Below are positions 63,672 to 64,000 of a stretch of 64,000 nucleotides of DNA, in pieces (positions within the stretch are counted from its first letter, which is position 1; each line of letters begins with the position of its first letter). The DNA comes from Moniliella sp. 'wahieum' (lineage: Eukaryota). The stretch lies in assembly GCA_003971905.1 (NCBI GenBank), contig RSEE01000021.1:62001-126000 (forward strand). Direction: 5' to 3'. The notes below the pieces were generated by a model that saw only the letters and a program-made list of their open reading frames with translations, was not told the DNA's origin and made no database searches. The position numbers and the translations under genes were made by a program.

Positions 63672-64000
63672 TCGAGTACTCCCCCTTGTTCTCGTTCACC
63701 CCGGTTCATTTTCACTTTCACATACTCATCAGCCTCTTCATCATGCCCAGACCTACCTGCTATTCTCTCAACTTTGTGTACAGCCAACCCTGCAGCATTT
63801 TTCTTGGGCAGTCTCTGGGCCGGGAGAGAGGAATACTTTTGATCTTGTCCCCCCTTTATCGATCTTGGCACTTGGCTTCTTTCCACCACACATGACGGAT
63901 ACCAGGCCCCACGGGTCCCTTTTGTGGCACAAATGCCATCATGTCCTGGCACACACCTCTGTCACTGGCCAGTGAGCGAAGAACCTACTAGGCTACCCTG

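Overview
GC-rich, compact, intron-poor eukaryotic DNA from a fungus, most likely a basidiomycete; an Ustilaginomycotina-like origin is only an inference from gene style. About 22 protein genes can be reconstructed by stitching ORF fragments across short GT-AG introns and many 1-bp indels. The indels hit even essential genes such as CCT2, SEC61-gamma and CAB1, so they are almost certainly uncorrected long-read errors, and all coordinates are approximate. Genes in order: cysteine synthase, proline dehydrogenase, Nudix (YJR142W-like), DRG1/RBG1, intron-containing tRNA-Asn(GUU), ADA2/ADGF-type adenosine deaminase, SWC4, S-formylglutathione hydrolase, an atypical bZIP, a low-complexity orphan, an ERCC6L2-like SNF2 helicase, COG4, CCT2, pantothenate kinase, a repeat-containing golgin-like protein, PalI/Sur7, SEC61-gamma, a PHD/chromodomain Mit1/CHD-like protein with a degenerate ATPase, SCOT, a ~7.5-kb region without recognisable genes, FAM72-like, epoxide hydrolase, a Yap-like bZIP and OXR1/TLDc. 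The most unusual signals are (1) non-coding 7-bp-period arrays built from many different A-NNNN-T palindromes joined by one spacer base, (2) an apparently catalytically dead CHD/Mit1-like remodeler, and (3) a 17-aa RxRxxS repeat in OXR1. Family assignments come from remembered motifs; no database searches were run.
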